DNA of 64,000 nt, from the NCBI GenBank assembly GCA_964527715.1, contig CAZGOD010000007.1, positions 6,622-70,621 of the forward strand, written 5' to 3'. The first letter of the stretch is position 1. The number at the start of each line of letters is the position of its first letter. Both the position numbers and the translations under genes were made by a program. Positions 39,638-48,839 of this stretch are shown in pieces. The notes under the pieces were generated by a model. It did no database searches and had not been told where the DNA came from. It worked only from the letters and a program-made list of their open reading frames with translations. The stretch is from an uncultured Thermoplasmatales archaeon (GTDB lineage Archaea; Thermoplasmatota; E2; DHVEG-1).

Positions 39638-40987
39638 ATGAAGTTTATCCCAAACTCAGCGTTGAAAGAAGATATGCTCACTGATATAGGTTTAAAACAT
39701 ATCGATGAGTTGTTCGTGGATATTCCAAAAAAAATCAGGATTAAGGGTTTAGATTTACCAATGGGTCTTTCTCAGCAGGAGACAGAGATACGGCTTAGAG
39801 AAATCGCAGGTAAGAATAAATCATTCTACGAGCTTCTTGGTTTTCTAGGAGGTGGGATTAAACCTCATTATGTTCCAGCTGTTTTGAAAGCTATTACTTC
39901 TCGTGCTGAGTTTTACACGGCTTATACTCCTTATCAATCTGAGGCTTCTCAGGGTTTTCTTCAAGCAATGTTTGAGTATCAAAGTGTCATCGCTAAGCTC
40001 ACTGGTATGGATATTGCTAATGCTTCTATGTATGATGGTGCTGCTGCTCTTGGTGAAGCTGCTCTTATGTGTGCTCGGGTGAAACGAGGTAGAAATGTTT
40101 TTGTTGTTCCTGAGAATATTTCATGGGATAAAAAATCTGTTTTGAAGAATTATACGCAGGGTCCAAATATAACGGTTAAAGAAGTCGCTTATGATAAAAA
40201 AACTGGTAAGATTGATGTTAGTAAGCTAGGAGACGTGGTTGATGAGTCTGTTGCTGGTGTTTATGTTGAAAATCCTAATTTCTTTGGTGTTTTTGAGGAT
40301 GATATAGACAAGATAAGCAGGGTTGTTAAGGACGCGGGTTCTCTTTTTGTAGTTGGTGTTGATCCAATTTCTCTTGGTGTTACAAGAGATCCTGGTAGTT
40401 ATGGTGCTGATATTGTTATTGGTGAGGGTCGTGCTCTTGGTAATCCTATGAGTTTTGGTGGTTCCTCTCTTGGTATTTTTGCATCTAAAAATGAGTATCT
40501 GCGTCAGATGCCTGGTCGTATTATTGGTATGACAAAGGATACAGAGGATAAACGGGCTTTTTGTATGGCTCTTCAGACACGTGAGCAACATATTCGTCGT
40601 GGTAGAGCTACTAGTAATATTTGTACGAATGAGGGTTTATGTGCTCTTTCTGCTGTGGTTTATATTGCTTGGCTTGGTGGAAAAGGTTTACAGGAGCTGA
40701 GTAGCGTTAATTTTGAAAAAGGGCAAAAGCTCGCTGAGAGTATTGAAAAAGTTGATGGTTTTAAAAGGGTGTTTAATGGTGTTCATTTTAATGAGTTTGT
40801 GATTAAATCAGATGGGGATGTTGGTAAAATTAATAAGGGTTTGTTGAAAAAAGGGGTTCAGGGTGGTTTCCCCTTGGATGAGAAGTGTTACCCGGGTCTT
40901 AAGAACTGTATGCTTTTTGGTATCACTGAGATTTATAGTGACTCTGATGTAGAAAAACTTGTTAGCGCTTTATGGGAGGTATCCTAG
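39638..40987 (+). CDS. gcvPA: Glycine dehydrogenase subunit 1
   Basis: EFYTAYTPYQ.E.SQG, NASMYDG, LQTREQHIRR..ATSNICTN. Confidence 0.95.
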   Translation: MKFIPNSALKEDMLTDIGLKHIDELFVDIPKKIRIKGLDLPMGLSQQETEIRLREIAGKNKSFYELLGFLGGGIKPHYVPAVLKAITSRAEFYTAYTPYQSEASQGFLQAMFEYQSVIAKLTGMDIANASMYDGAAALGEAALMCARVKRGRNVFVVPENISWDKKSVLKNYTQGPNITVKEVAYDKKTGKIDVSKLGDVVDESVAGVYVENPNFFGVFEDDIDKISRVVKDAGSLFVVGVDPISLGVTRDPGSYGADIVIGEGRALGNPMSFGGSSLGIFASKNEYLRQMPGRIIGMTKDTEDKRAFCMALQTREQHIRRGRATSNICTNEGLCALSAVVYIAWLGGKGLQELSSVNFEKGQKLAESIEKVDGFKRVFNGVHFNEFVIKSDGDVGKINKGLLKKGVQGGFPLDEKCYPGLKNCMLFGITEIYSDSDVEKLVSALWEVS

Positions 40988-40988
40988 T

Positions 40989-42431
40989 ATGTACCAGTCT
41001 GCTGTTTATGATGAACCTTTTCTCAATGAATTAGCTGAGACCACTAAAGGTAAGATGAAACCTCTTAGTGGTATCCCTGTTTTTCTTCAGAGGAAAGAGG
41101 ATATTGGTCTTCCGGATCTTGATGAGACTCAGGTTGTTCGTCATTTTCATCGTCTTAGTCAGATGAGTTACGGGGTTGATTCGGGTATTTATCCGCTTGG
41201 TTCTTGTACTATGAAATATAATCCTAAGATTTGTGAGGAGATAGCAGGTTGGGATTTTTTTGCTGGTACTCATCCATATCAAGATGTTTCCACGGTTCAG
41301 GGTAATCTTCAGGTTTTATTTGAGCTTGAGCGGATGCTTTGTGAGATAACTGGTATGGATTATTATTGTTTGCAGCCAGCTGCTGGTGCACAGGGTGAGT
41401 TTCTTGGTATGCTTTTAACTAGGGCGTACCATAGTTCCCATAAGGATAGTAAAAGAGATGAGGTTATTCTTCCTGATACGGCTCATGGTACTAATCCTGC
41501 TAGTGCGACAATGGCTGGCTATAAGCTTACGGAGATACCATCGATGGATGAGGGGGCTGTTGATCTTGGTGTACTTGAGAAATCTCTTTCTGATAGAACT
41601 GCTTGTTTCATGCTTACTAATCCTAATACGCTTGGTATTTTTGAATCTGAGATTCTTGAGATATCAAAACTAGTACATGATGCTGGTGCTCTACTTTATT
41701 ATGATGGGGCTAATATGAATGCTATCATGGGTGAGGCAAGACCTGGTGATATGGGTTTTGACATTGTTCATCTTAACCTTCATAAGACTTTTTCAACTCC
41801 ACATGGTGGTGGTGGACCTGGTAGTGGTCCTGTGGGTGTAAACATTGAACTTGAAAAATTCCTACCAGTTCCGAGGATAGGTAAAAACAAAGGTGGACAG
41901 TATGTTTTTGACTATGATGCACCTGACTCAATTGGGAAGATAAAGAGTTTCTATGGGAATTTCTCTGTTCTTCTAAAGGCTTATACGTATATTCTAATGA
42001 TGGGGCGAGATGGTCTTAAGGAAACATCTGAGATTGCGGTTTTAAATTCTAACTATATGAAGAAGAAAATACTTGATAGTGGAAAATATGAAATGCCATA
42101 TAGAGAACTGAGAAAACATGAGTTTGTAATCAGTTGTGAAAAACTTAAACAGGAAAAAAATGTAACTGCGAAGGATGTAGCTAAACGTTTATTAGACTAT
42201 GGTCTTCATCCACCAACTGTTTATTTCCCACTTATTGTAAAAGAAGCACTTATGATTGAGCCTACTGAGTCTGAGTCTAAAAAGGATCTTGATAAATATG
42301 TTGATGCTTTGATTGGTATAGCAAATGAAGATTCTGAGGTTGTAAAGAATGCTCCTAGTAATACATCTGTGAAGCGTGTTGATGAAGTAGGTGCTACTAA
42401 AACCCCTGTTCTCACTTGGAATTCTTTTTGA
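40989..42431 (+). CDS. gcvPB: Glycine dehydrogenase subunit 2
   Basis: PLGSCTMKYNP, AHGTNPASA, HLNLHKTFSTPHGGGGPG (PLP lysine). Confidence 0.95.
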   Translation: MYQSAVYDEPFLNELAETTKGKMKPLSGIPVFLQRKEDIGLPDLDETQVVRHFHRLSQMSYGVDSGIYPLGSCTMKYNPKICEEIAGWDFFAGTHPYQDVSTVQGNLQVLFELERMLCEITGMDYYCLQPAAGAQGEFLGMLLTRAYHSSHKDSKRDEVILPDTAHGTNPASATMAGYKLTEIPSMDEGAVDLGVLEKSLSDRTACFMLTNPNTLGIFESEILEISKLVHDAGALLYYDGANMNAIMGEARPGDMGFDIVHLNLHKTFSTPHGGGGPGSGPVGVNIELEKFLPVPRIGKNKGGQYVFDYDAPDSIGKIKSFYGNFSVLLKAYTYILMMGRDGLKETSEIAVLNSNYMKKKILDSGKYEMPYRELRKHEFVISCEKLKQEKNVTAKDVAKRLLDYGLHPPTVYFPLIVKEALMIEPTESESKKDLDKYVDALIGIANEDSEVVKNAPSNTSVKRVDEVGATKTPVLTWNSF

Positions 42432-42486
42432 GAGAGAAAACATTAATTAAACAGGTTTTGTATGTATAAGTAGAGGTGGGATATGC

Positions 42487-42861
42487 ATGACGAAGAATGT
42501 GTTAGTAGTAGATGATGAGCCAACTATAACCCTATCTGTTAAAGAGGGTTTGGAATATCTTGACGCAGATTTTGACGTGACCTGTGTTAAAAGCGGTGAA
42601 GAATGTATTGACCTATTAAAAAACAATCAATTACCTGATCTAATACTCTTGGATATTATGATGCCAGGTATGAATGGCTGGGATGTAGCCGCTGAAATCA
42701 GGAAAAACCCTGAGTGGGGTAAAATACCGATAGTTTTTCTAACTGCTAAAACTGATTCTGATAGTAAGAGTTTTGGAAAAATTGTTAGTCAGGATTATGT
42801 TGAAAAACCATTTGAGCTAGAGGATTTGAAAAATAGGATTGATAGGTTGTTGGGATATTAG
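42487..42861 (+). CDS. Single-domain response regulator (receiver)
   Basis: VVDDE, LLDIMMPGMNG, FLTA, KPF. Confidence 0.93.
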   Translation: MTKNVLVVDDEPTITLSVKEGLEYLDADFDVTCVKSGEECIDLLKNNQLPDLILLDIMMPGMNGWDVAAEIRKNPEWGKIPIVFLTAKTDSDSKSFGKIVSQDYVEKPFELEDLKNRIDRLLGY

Positions 42862-42864
42862 GAG

Positions 42865-44202
42865 ATGCAAGATTCGAATTCTAAAAATCTAGAATATTTG
42901 CTGCAAACATTTGTTAAAATAATTGGTGAAAGAACCTCTAAAAAATTTGTAATTGAAACTTTTAATAAAGTTGTTGAAAAACTTAAATCAACATATAATT
43001 TTTTGAAATATGTTTCGATAGAAGATACCGCTTATTCTGATAATATGCCTATTATAAATGTTGAACAATCCTCTGAGTTAGAGAATTTTAATAAGGAATA
43101 TATTGGGAAAGCTGTTAGTGATATTTTTTATAATATGACTCTGGCTATATTGCGGGATGAAATCTATTTTCGTATAGATATGTTTGATACTGTTGATGAT
43201 ATTAGACGTAGTTGCAGGCTTTTACTTGATGAGTATGATGTACATGATATCAATATAGCATTGGGTATAAAAGGAGTTGAGAAAAAGAGGACTATGGCGC
43301 GTATAGATAAAAAAGAAATTGGTGAGATTAAAAAACGTATTATTAAAAACTCTGAGGCTTTGGAGCCTGTTTTAAATGTTCTTGTTACTCTTTTAAAGAG
43401 GCATATGTCTCCAGAAGAGGCAATACATGCTGTTCTCTCTAAAGTGAAAGAACTTGAAAGGAACTATAGTTTCTTGAAATATGTGATTGTAACTCCTAAA
43501 ACTTCTCACGGGGTTTTTGATCTTTTACAAGTTAGAACTGAGTTTGAAGTGGATAATGTTATTTTTATGAAATCAGAGATTAGTTATGCTGTTGAGGCTA
43601 CAGCTAAAATTGATAAGGTTTTAGATGAAAAAACAGCTTCTGCTATTCAGGAGATTATTGAGGAATGTGCGAAGGCAACCGGTGCTCTTGATATAAGTCG
43701 TACATTTGTTAAAGATTTCAAAACTGCTCTTGGACAGGATGCTGTTAATAAGCTTAAGGATATGGGCGTACAGTTAGATGAACTGGAAGGAAGGCTATGG
43801 CGTGAGGGTTATGAGCAACTTACTTTCAAAACTTTAGAAGCACTTTTTGAGATATTGCGTAGGAGTACTTCATCAAAATTTGCGGTTGCCTCAGTAGATA
43901 TGTTAATTGAAAAATTACGCGATGAGTATGAAGATGTTTTCAGGTATGTTTCTATTGATAAATCCAGGTATGATGATGGTATAGATGCTATTACTGTTGA
44001 GCCGGGGATAAATAACCTGGATTCGGATCGGCTCGCTAGAGCTATTAAAGAATTGATTAAAAAAATTCAGGATAATCAGGCGGATCTTTCAGAAAAAACA
44101 TCCTTCATTGAAAGATTCAAAGATCAACTTGGTGAGAGGCATACTAAAGAACTTGAAAACTTAGGGGTTAATCTGTTTTTTATAGATATGAGGTTTGCTT
44201 AA
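42865..44202 (+). CDS. Hypothetical protein with three repeats of an unknown domain
   Basis: Starts 3 nt after the receiver gene; three ...L...Y-x-FLKYV-x-I-type units. Confidence 0.8.
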   Translation: MQDSNSKNLEYLLQTFVKIIGERTSKKFVIETFNKVVEKLKSTYNFLKYVSIEDTAYSDNMPIINVEQSSELENFNKEYIGKAVSDIFYNMTLAILRDEIYFRIDMFDTVDDIRRSCRLLLDEYDVHDINIALGIKGVEKKRTMARIDKKEIGEIKKRIIKNSEALEPVLNVLVTLLKRHMSPEEAIHAVLSKVKELERNYSFLKYVIVTPKTSHGVFDLLQVRTEFEVDNVIFMKSEISYAVEATAKIDKVLDEKTASAIQEIIEECAKATGALDISRTFVKDFKTALGQDAVNKLKDMGVQLDELEGRLWREGYEQLTFKTLEALFEILRRSTSSKFAVASVDMLIEKLRDEYEDVFRYVSIDKSRYDDGIDAITVEPGINNLDSDRLARAIKELIKKIQDNQADLSEKTSFIERFKDQLGERHTKELENLGVNLFFIDMRFA

Positions 44203-44411
44203 ATCTCTTGTTTTTGTTTTTTACTCATGAGGAATAATATTACTCCTATTAATCCTGGTAAAATCAATACAATAGTTATTGAATATATGCCTATATCGTA
44301 CCAGATTTCATATCTTGTACCCCAGTAGATATAATGAAACAATCCAGCAAGGATAGATAATATTGATAAAACAGTGTATTTATTGAAACTTTTAATATTG
44401 AGTTTTATCAT
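44199..44411 (-). CDS. Small membrane protein (2 TM)
   Basis: Two hydrophobic segments flank YWGTRYEIWYDIGIYS; SD GGTGA. Confidence 0.7.
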   Translation of the reverse strand: MIKLNIKSFNKYTVLSILSILAGLFHYIYWGTRYEIWYDIGIYSITIVLILPGLIGVILFLMSKKQKQEI

Positions 44412-44436
44412 ATTTTTTTTCACCTTTTACTTTGTA

Positions 44437-44575
44437 TGGGAGCACTGGGATTTGAACCCAGATCGGCGGGTCTCTTCTTAGGTCATCGCTCCAGTTATTC
44501 ATCATAGATCAGATGACCCTTTTGTAATCATTCCTAACTGGAGCCCACAATGATGCCGGGTTACACCATGCTCCC
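44437..44575 (-). tRNA. trnW: tRNA-Trp(CCA) with a 66-nt intron (44472-44537)
   Basis: Acceptor stem GGGAGCA/TGCTCCC, anticodon arm GTGGG-CT-CCA-G^A-CCCGC, T-arm CTGGG-TTCAAAT-CCCAG. Confidence 0.93.
44472..44537 (-). ncRNA. Intron-encoded box C/D guide RNA
   Basis: Boxes: C ATGATTA, D' CTGA, C' ATGATGA, D ATGA. Guides GGGTC and TAACTGGAGC are complementary to the pre-tRNA anticodon arm. Confidence 0.85.
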
Positions 44576-44593
44576 AGATGACTAATAAATTTT

Positions 44594-44692
44594 CTACTTT
44601 CGTCTACTTCTTTTTTCTCGTCTCATTCGTTTTTTACGCCATTTCCAACGCATTTTATGTCTTTTTTTCCACACTCGTGAGCTACGTTTCAT
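44594..44692 (-). CDS. rpl41e: Ribosomal protein L41e (eL41/eS32)
   Basis: MKRSSRVWKKRHKMRWKWRKKRMRREKRSRRK contains the KW-x-KKR-x-RR core. Confidence 0.85.
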   Translation of the reverse strand: MKRSSRVWKKRHKMRWKWRKKRMRREKRSRRK

Positions 44693-44784
44693 ACTTGAAA
44701 ATCCCTCTGTTTTTATAGTTTGCCCTAAACAAATACTTATATTTAATGGTTTAGGAAAATGTTTGGTGTATAAAAAAACAATTT

Positions 44785-45129
44785 TTATTCTGTGTCTTCT
44801 TTATTAGTGGTTTTTTCATCCATCCATGCGTATTTACATCTCGAACAGTACCATCCTTTGGATACCCATTTTTGTTTACCATGTTTAGGGTTGATATGTC
44901 TATAAAGTCTTACAAGACGTAGATCACATTTTGGGCATCTTTCTTTGAATTTTTTGTTGTATGGTTCACTTCCGATTTTATACATTAATGTGTCAGCAGC
45001 GACGTTGTATGTGTAGCCACATTTTGTACAAAGCCATGCTACAGGTATCCATCTTCTAACTCCTAATTCGCTTTTGTTTTGATAGAGTTTTACTGCTTTG
45101 GAACTACATGTAGGACATTTTTTCTTAAT
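44785..45129 (-). CDS. Tandem double zinc-ribbon protein (114 aa)
   Basis: The track ORF extends in frame to ATT 45129. Two homologous CPxC..V(K/R)LY..W....W.C..C.Y halves. Confidence 0.75.
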   Translation of the reverse strand: MKKKCPTCSSKAVKLYQNKSELGVRRWIPVAWLCTKCGYTYNVAADTLMYKIGSEPYNKKFKERCPKCDLRLVRLYRHINPKHGKQKWVSKGWYCSRCKYAWMDEKTTNKEDTE

Positions 45130-45206
45130 GTTTTATACACCACCTGATGATATTTTTTTTATATGTCTGGAATGTTTAATATTCTTTTTATTTTTAACTA
45201 CTTGTT

Positions 45207-48200
45207 TTATAGAGATGGTAGTTTCACAGTGAAAGTGCTACCCTGTGGTATGTTGCTCTCGCCCCATATTTGGCCATGGTGTTTGCCAACTATCTCTCTA
45301 CAAATAAACAGACCGAGTCCAGTTCCTTCGTTTTTACGATCATCACCTGTGTATGCTTGATAGAACTTGGCGAATATCTTTTTTAATTCGTTTTTGGAGA
45401 TACCAATTCCTGAGTCCTCAACAGAGATATACAGATATTTTTGATCTTTTTTTGCTACCAGAGCGATGGATCCGTTATCTGTGAATTTGATAGCGTTACC
45501 CACTAGGTTTTTAAGTACTTGAGATAGACGATAACGGTCGCCCATTATCGGTGGTAAATTATCAGGTATCACGGTTATAAACTCTAGTCCTTTTTGTTCA
45601 ATAGCGGGTCGCATATCTTCTGCTATTTCATTGAGTATATCGACGGGGTTAATTTTTTCCATGTCAAATCTCATAGTATCGGTGTCAAGTCTTGAGACAT
45701 CTAAGATATCATTAACTAGTTTCAAGAGTCTCTCAGCGTTTCTGAGACTAATTTTTGCCCAGTTTTTAACTTCGGCACCAGCTTTTTTATCTTGAATTAT
45801 GAGATCCAGGTAACCTTTGATTGGTGTAACAGGGGATTTAAGCTCGTGAGCAGCTATGTTCATAAACTCTGTTTTAAGTCGCTCAGATTTCTTTAATTCG
45901 TCTTCTACTCTTTTACGCTCGGTGATGTCTCTTAGTGTACATATCATGCCCCCGAATTCACCTTCTTTTTTAAGTGGAGCAATGTTTACTTCAATTGGCA
46001 TAACTATGTCATCTGCGTTAACTAGTTCTAATTCTACGTTCTCGATTTTTTCATCTTTCTTACGGGCGTCCATAAAGACTTGTTGGAAGAGATAAATCGA
46101 GTCATCGGAGAGATATTCTCTGAAAAGGGTGGCAAGTATCTGGCTTTTTCTTCGACCACACATTTTCTCAAAAGATGGGTTAACATAGGTAAGTCTACCA
46201 AGTGGGTCAATCGTGATGACACCATCGGCAGATGTCTCAGCGAGAACTCGGTATTTCTCTTCAAGTTTTACTAGTTCATCCCATGCTCGTTGACGTTGTG
46301 TAATATCACGTCCTCTGAAGAGAACAGCGTTAACTTTCCCGTTTTCTTCGATTATATCTGTCGAGAATAAAAATCTATATTTTGTACCATTTTCTGTTGT
46401 TAGCTCACTTTCATATTCTTTGACTTTGTTGCCTTTAGCAGCTTCTTCAACTGTTTTCATATGTCTATCAATGTCCTCCACGGAAAATATTTTTTTGATA
46501 GATTTTAATGTTTTTCCAATGATTTTTTCTTTGTCTAGGTCCCCAAATTTTATCGCGCTTTTATTTATATCTAGAATGTTACCCTTTGTATCAAGATATA
46601 ATAAGAAATCTCCTGTTGCATCAAAAATATCACGGAATTTTTTCTCAGAATCTATTAACTCTTCTTCTACTGATTCTCTTGTAGTTCTCTCTCTTAGATC
46701 CCTCAATATAACGAGTTCACCGACGATTTCGTTACCTTCGTATAGGGGACTAGCGTTTACTTCAGCGGGTATTATCTCGCCATCTTTAGTAACAGCAGAT
46801 ATCTCATATGGTGGAACCTCCTCACCGGACATTCTCTTGTTGAGTCCCTCAGTTGTTTTGGAAATGCTGTCATTAGATAAAATACCAATTTTATCAATTT
46901 TTTTTCCAATAAGTTCTTTTTTACTGTAGCCTAATAACTCGGTAACCTGTTTGTTTACATCGACAAAGTTACCTTCCTTATCTAGAATGATAATGGGGTC
47001 AATAGCGGTTTCAAATAGGTTCCTATATTTTTTTTCTGATTTCCGGACTATTTCCTCTGCTTTTTTTAGTTCAGTTACATCACGGGAGATGCCCATTGTT
47101 CCGATTATTTCACCTTTGTCGTTAAATCTTGGGATTTTAATTACTGAGATTAATCGTTCTTCGCCGTTTTTATAAACAGTTTTTTCGATTTTGTTTATAA
47201 TAGGTTTACCTGTTTCCATGATTTTTTTGTCATCTTCGTGTATTTCTTCTGCAAATTTTTTTGGTAAAAAATCAAAATCTGTTTTACCTTTCATTTCCTC
47301 TGTTTTAACTTTGGAGTGTGATGCTTTGGCTTTGTTTACTTTGATAAACTTGCTGTCTTTATCTTTGAAATAGATGGAATCAGGGGTGTTATCTAGGAGT
47401 GATTGTAATAGGTCTCTTTCATATGCGAGTTTTTTCTCCATTTTTTTTCGTTCGCTGATGTCTTTTATTACGCCTATGGATCCTACGATTTTTCCTTCAT
47501 AGTTTTTTAAAACACTGAGTGATATGTCTACTTCTAGGGGTTTATCGTTTTTGCGTAAAATCTCCGTTTCAAGACGGTGTTGCATTCCTTTTTCTCTAAC
47601 TTTTTCTGATCTTATTTTTGCCCATTCATTTGGTGGGTAAAGTGAGCTTACAGGTTTCAGATAAAGATCGTTTTCGTTCATGCCTAGAATTTTCTCTGCG
47701 TAGTTGTTCCAGGAGATGATTTCTTCGTTTTCGTTGGTGAGCATTAGTCCTACTGCAGAGTTCTCGAATATGGTTTTATATCTCTCTTGAGTGTCGATTA
47801 GGTTTCTTTCAACTGTTTTTAAACGGCTTATATCTGTGATAATTCCTACTGAGCCAGTTATTTTTCCTTCTTCTCCTTTTAGTACTGATAATGATATTTC
47901 TGCATCAAAGGGTTCGCTTCCTTTTTTGTTTATTTTTGTTTCAAGTTTGTATTTCATTCCTTTCTGTCGGATGTCTTCTTTCCGTATTTTCTTCCATTCC
48001 TTAGGGGGGTATAGTATGCTTACATGTTTTAGATATAGGTCTTTATCTGTCATGTTGAAGAGTTCTTCAGCGTATTTGTTCCAGGATACAATTTGTTCTT
48101 TTTCATCTGCGATAGTTATTGCTATAGCATAGTTTTCAAAAATAGTTTGGAATTTTTCTTTGATGGCTCCTATGTCGATATTGTTTTCTTCTTTTTTGAG

Positions 48201-48353
48201 TTCTTCTTGGAAAATAGTTAAAGTACCATTACTTGTTGAAGTGTGTATTTCTTGTTTTTCTTCTGGTTTTTCAATTGTGGTTGTTTTGTTTTTTAGTTTA
48301 CCTTGTTTTTCTTGTTCTCGTAGTTCTTTTATTATGTCTGGGTCGTCTTTCAT
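45207..48353 (-). CDS. Cytoplasmic sensor histidine kinase with six PAS domains
   Basis: Six PAS starts each with a DI/DV/DL-type PAC end; H-box AHELKSP, N-box NAIKFT, DSGIG, GTGLGL; no TM segment. Confidence 0.93.
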   Translation of the reverse strand: MKDDPDIIKELREQEKQGKLKNKTTTIEKPEEKQEIHTSTSNGTLTIFQEELKKEENNIDIGAIKEKFQTIFENYAIAITIADEKEQIVSWNKYAEELFNMTDKDLYLKHVSILYPPKEWKKIRKEDIRQKGMKYKLETKINKKGSEPFDAEISLSVLKGEEGKITGSVGIITDISRLKTVERNLIDTQERYKTIFENSAVGLMLTNENEEIISWNNYAEKILGMNENDLYLKPVSSLYPPNEWAKIRSEKVREKGMQHRLETEILRKNDKPLEVDISLSVLKNYEGKIVGSIGVIKDISERKKMEKKLAYERDLLQSLLDNTPDSIYFKDKDSKFIKVNKAKASHSKVKTEEMKGKTDFDFLPKKFAEEIHEDDKKIMETGKPIINKIEKTVYKNGEERLISVIKIPRFNDKGEIIGTMGISRDVTELKKAEEIVRKSEKKYRNLFETAIDPIIILDKEGNFVDVNKQVTELLGYSKKELIGKKIDKIGILSNDSISKTTEGLNKRMSGEEVPPYEISAVTKDGEIIPAEVNASPLYEGNEIVGELVILRDLRERTTRESVEEELIDSEKKFRDIFDATGDFLLYLDTKGNILDINKSAIKFGDLDKEKIIGKTLKSIKKIFSVEDIDRHMKTVEEAAKGNKVKEYESELTTENGTKYRFLFSTDIIEENGKVNAVLFRGRDITQRQRAWDELVKLEEKYRVLAETSADGVITIDPLGRLTYVNPSFEKMCGRRKSQILATLFREYLSDDSIYLFQQVFMDARKKDEKIENVELELVNADDIVMPIEVNIAPLKKEGEFGGMICTLRDITERKRVEDELKKSERLKTEFMNIAAHELKSPVTPIKGYLDLIIQDKKAGAEVKNWAKISLRNAERLLKLVNDILDVSRLDTDTMRFDMEKINPVDILNEIAEDMRPAIEQKGLEFITVIPDNLPPIMGDRYRLSQVLKNLVGNAIKFTDNGSIALVAKKDQKYLYISVEDSGIGISKNELKKIFAKFYQAYTGDDRKNEGTGLGLFICREIVGKHHGQIWGESNIPQGSTFTVKLPSL

Positions 48354-48567
48354 TATTTAAACCTCAGAAAATTTGTTTGAAAAATTTCTTGATCTTTTAT
48401 GGATTAGATTAGTTGCTCTTTCGCATCCCATCATTTGAAAATGAAATGTATTTTTACTATAATAATACTTTGTTTATCTTATTTTGTTATAGATTTTTTT
48501 TGATAAACCCACATTTATAAATAAAAATAGTTTATATCATTTAAACACGGATTGGGATCATTCACTC

Positions 48568-48831
48568 ATGATAGACCCGAAGGTTATAAACAGGATTCTG
48601 AAGAAATATCAAAAACGTAATATTGATGGTTTATCTTCTGCGGAAAAAGTTGAAGTTTTGAAAATTATGTCGGAGCATCTTGAGGATGATGTAATTAATC
48701 TTTTTGTGCAGGAGGATAATGGTAGTGTTTCTGCGAGAAGGATGCCATTGCCACGTTATCTTTCTTATATGCAGGAAACCCGGGGAGATATGACTGTTAA
48801 TGAGATGATTAAGAAATTAAAGATCTTTTAG
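48568..48831 (+). CDS. Hypothetical protein
   Basis: 87-aa ORF with a TATA element upstream; divergent from the kinase. Confidence 0.6.
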   Translation: MIDPKVINRILKKYQKRNIDGLSSAEKVEVLKIMSEHLEDDVINLFVQEDNGSVSARRMPLPRYLSYMQETRGDMTVNEMIKKLKIF

Positions 48832-48839
48832 ATGGTTGT

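Noticed and set aside
39638-42431. gcvPA/gcvPB without gcvT/H as a stand-alone system
   Set aside because: Glycine cleavage genes are often dispersed in archaea; absence from one window is uninformative.
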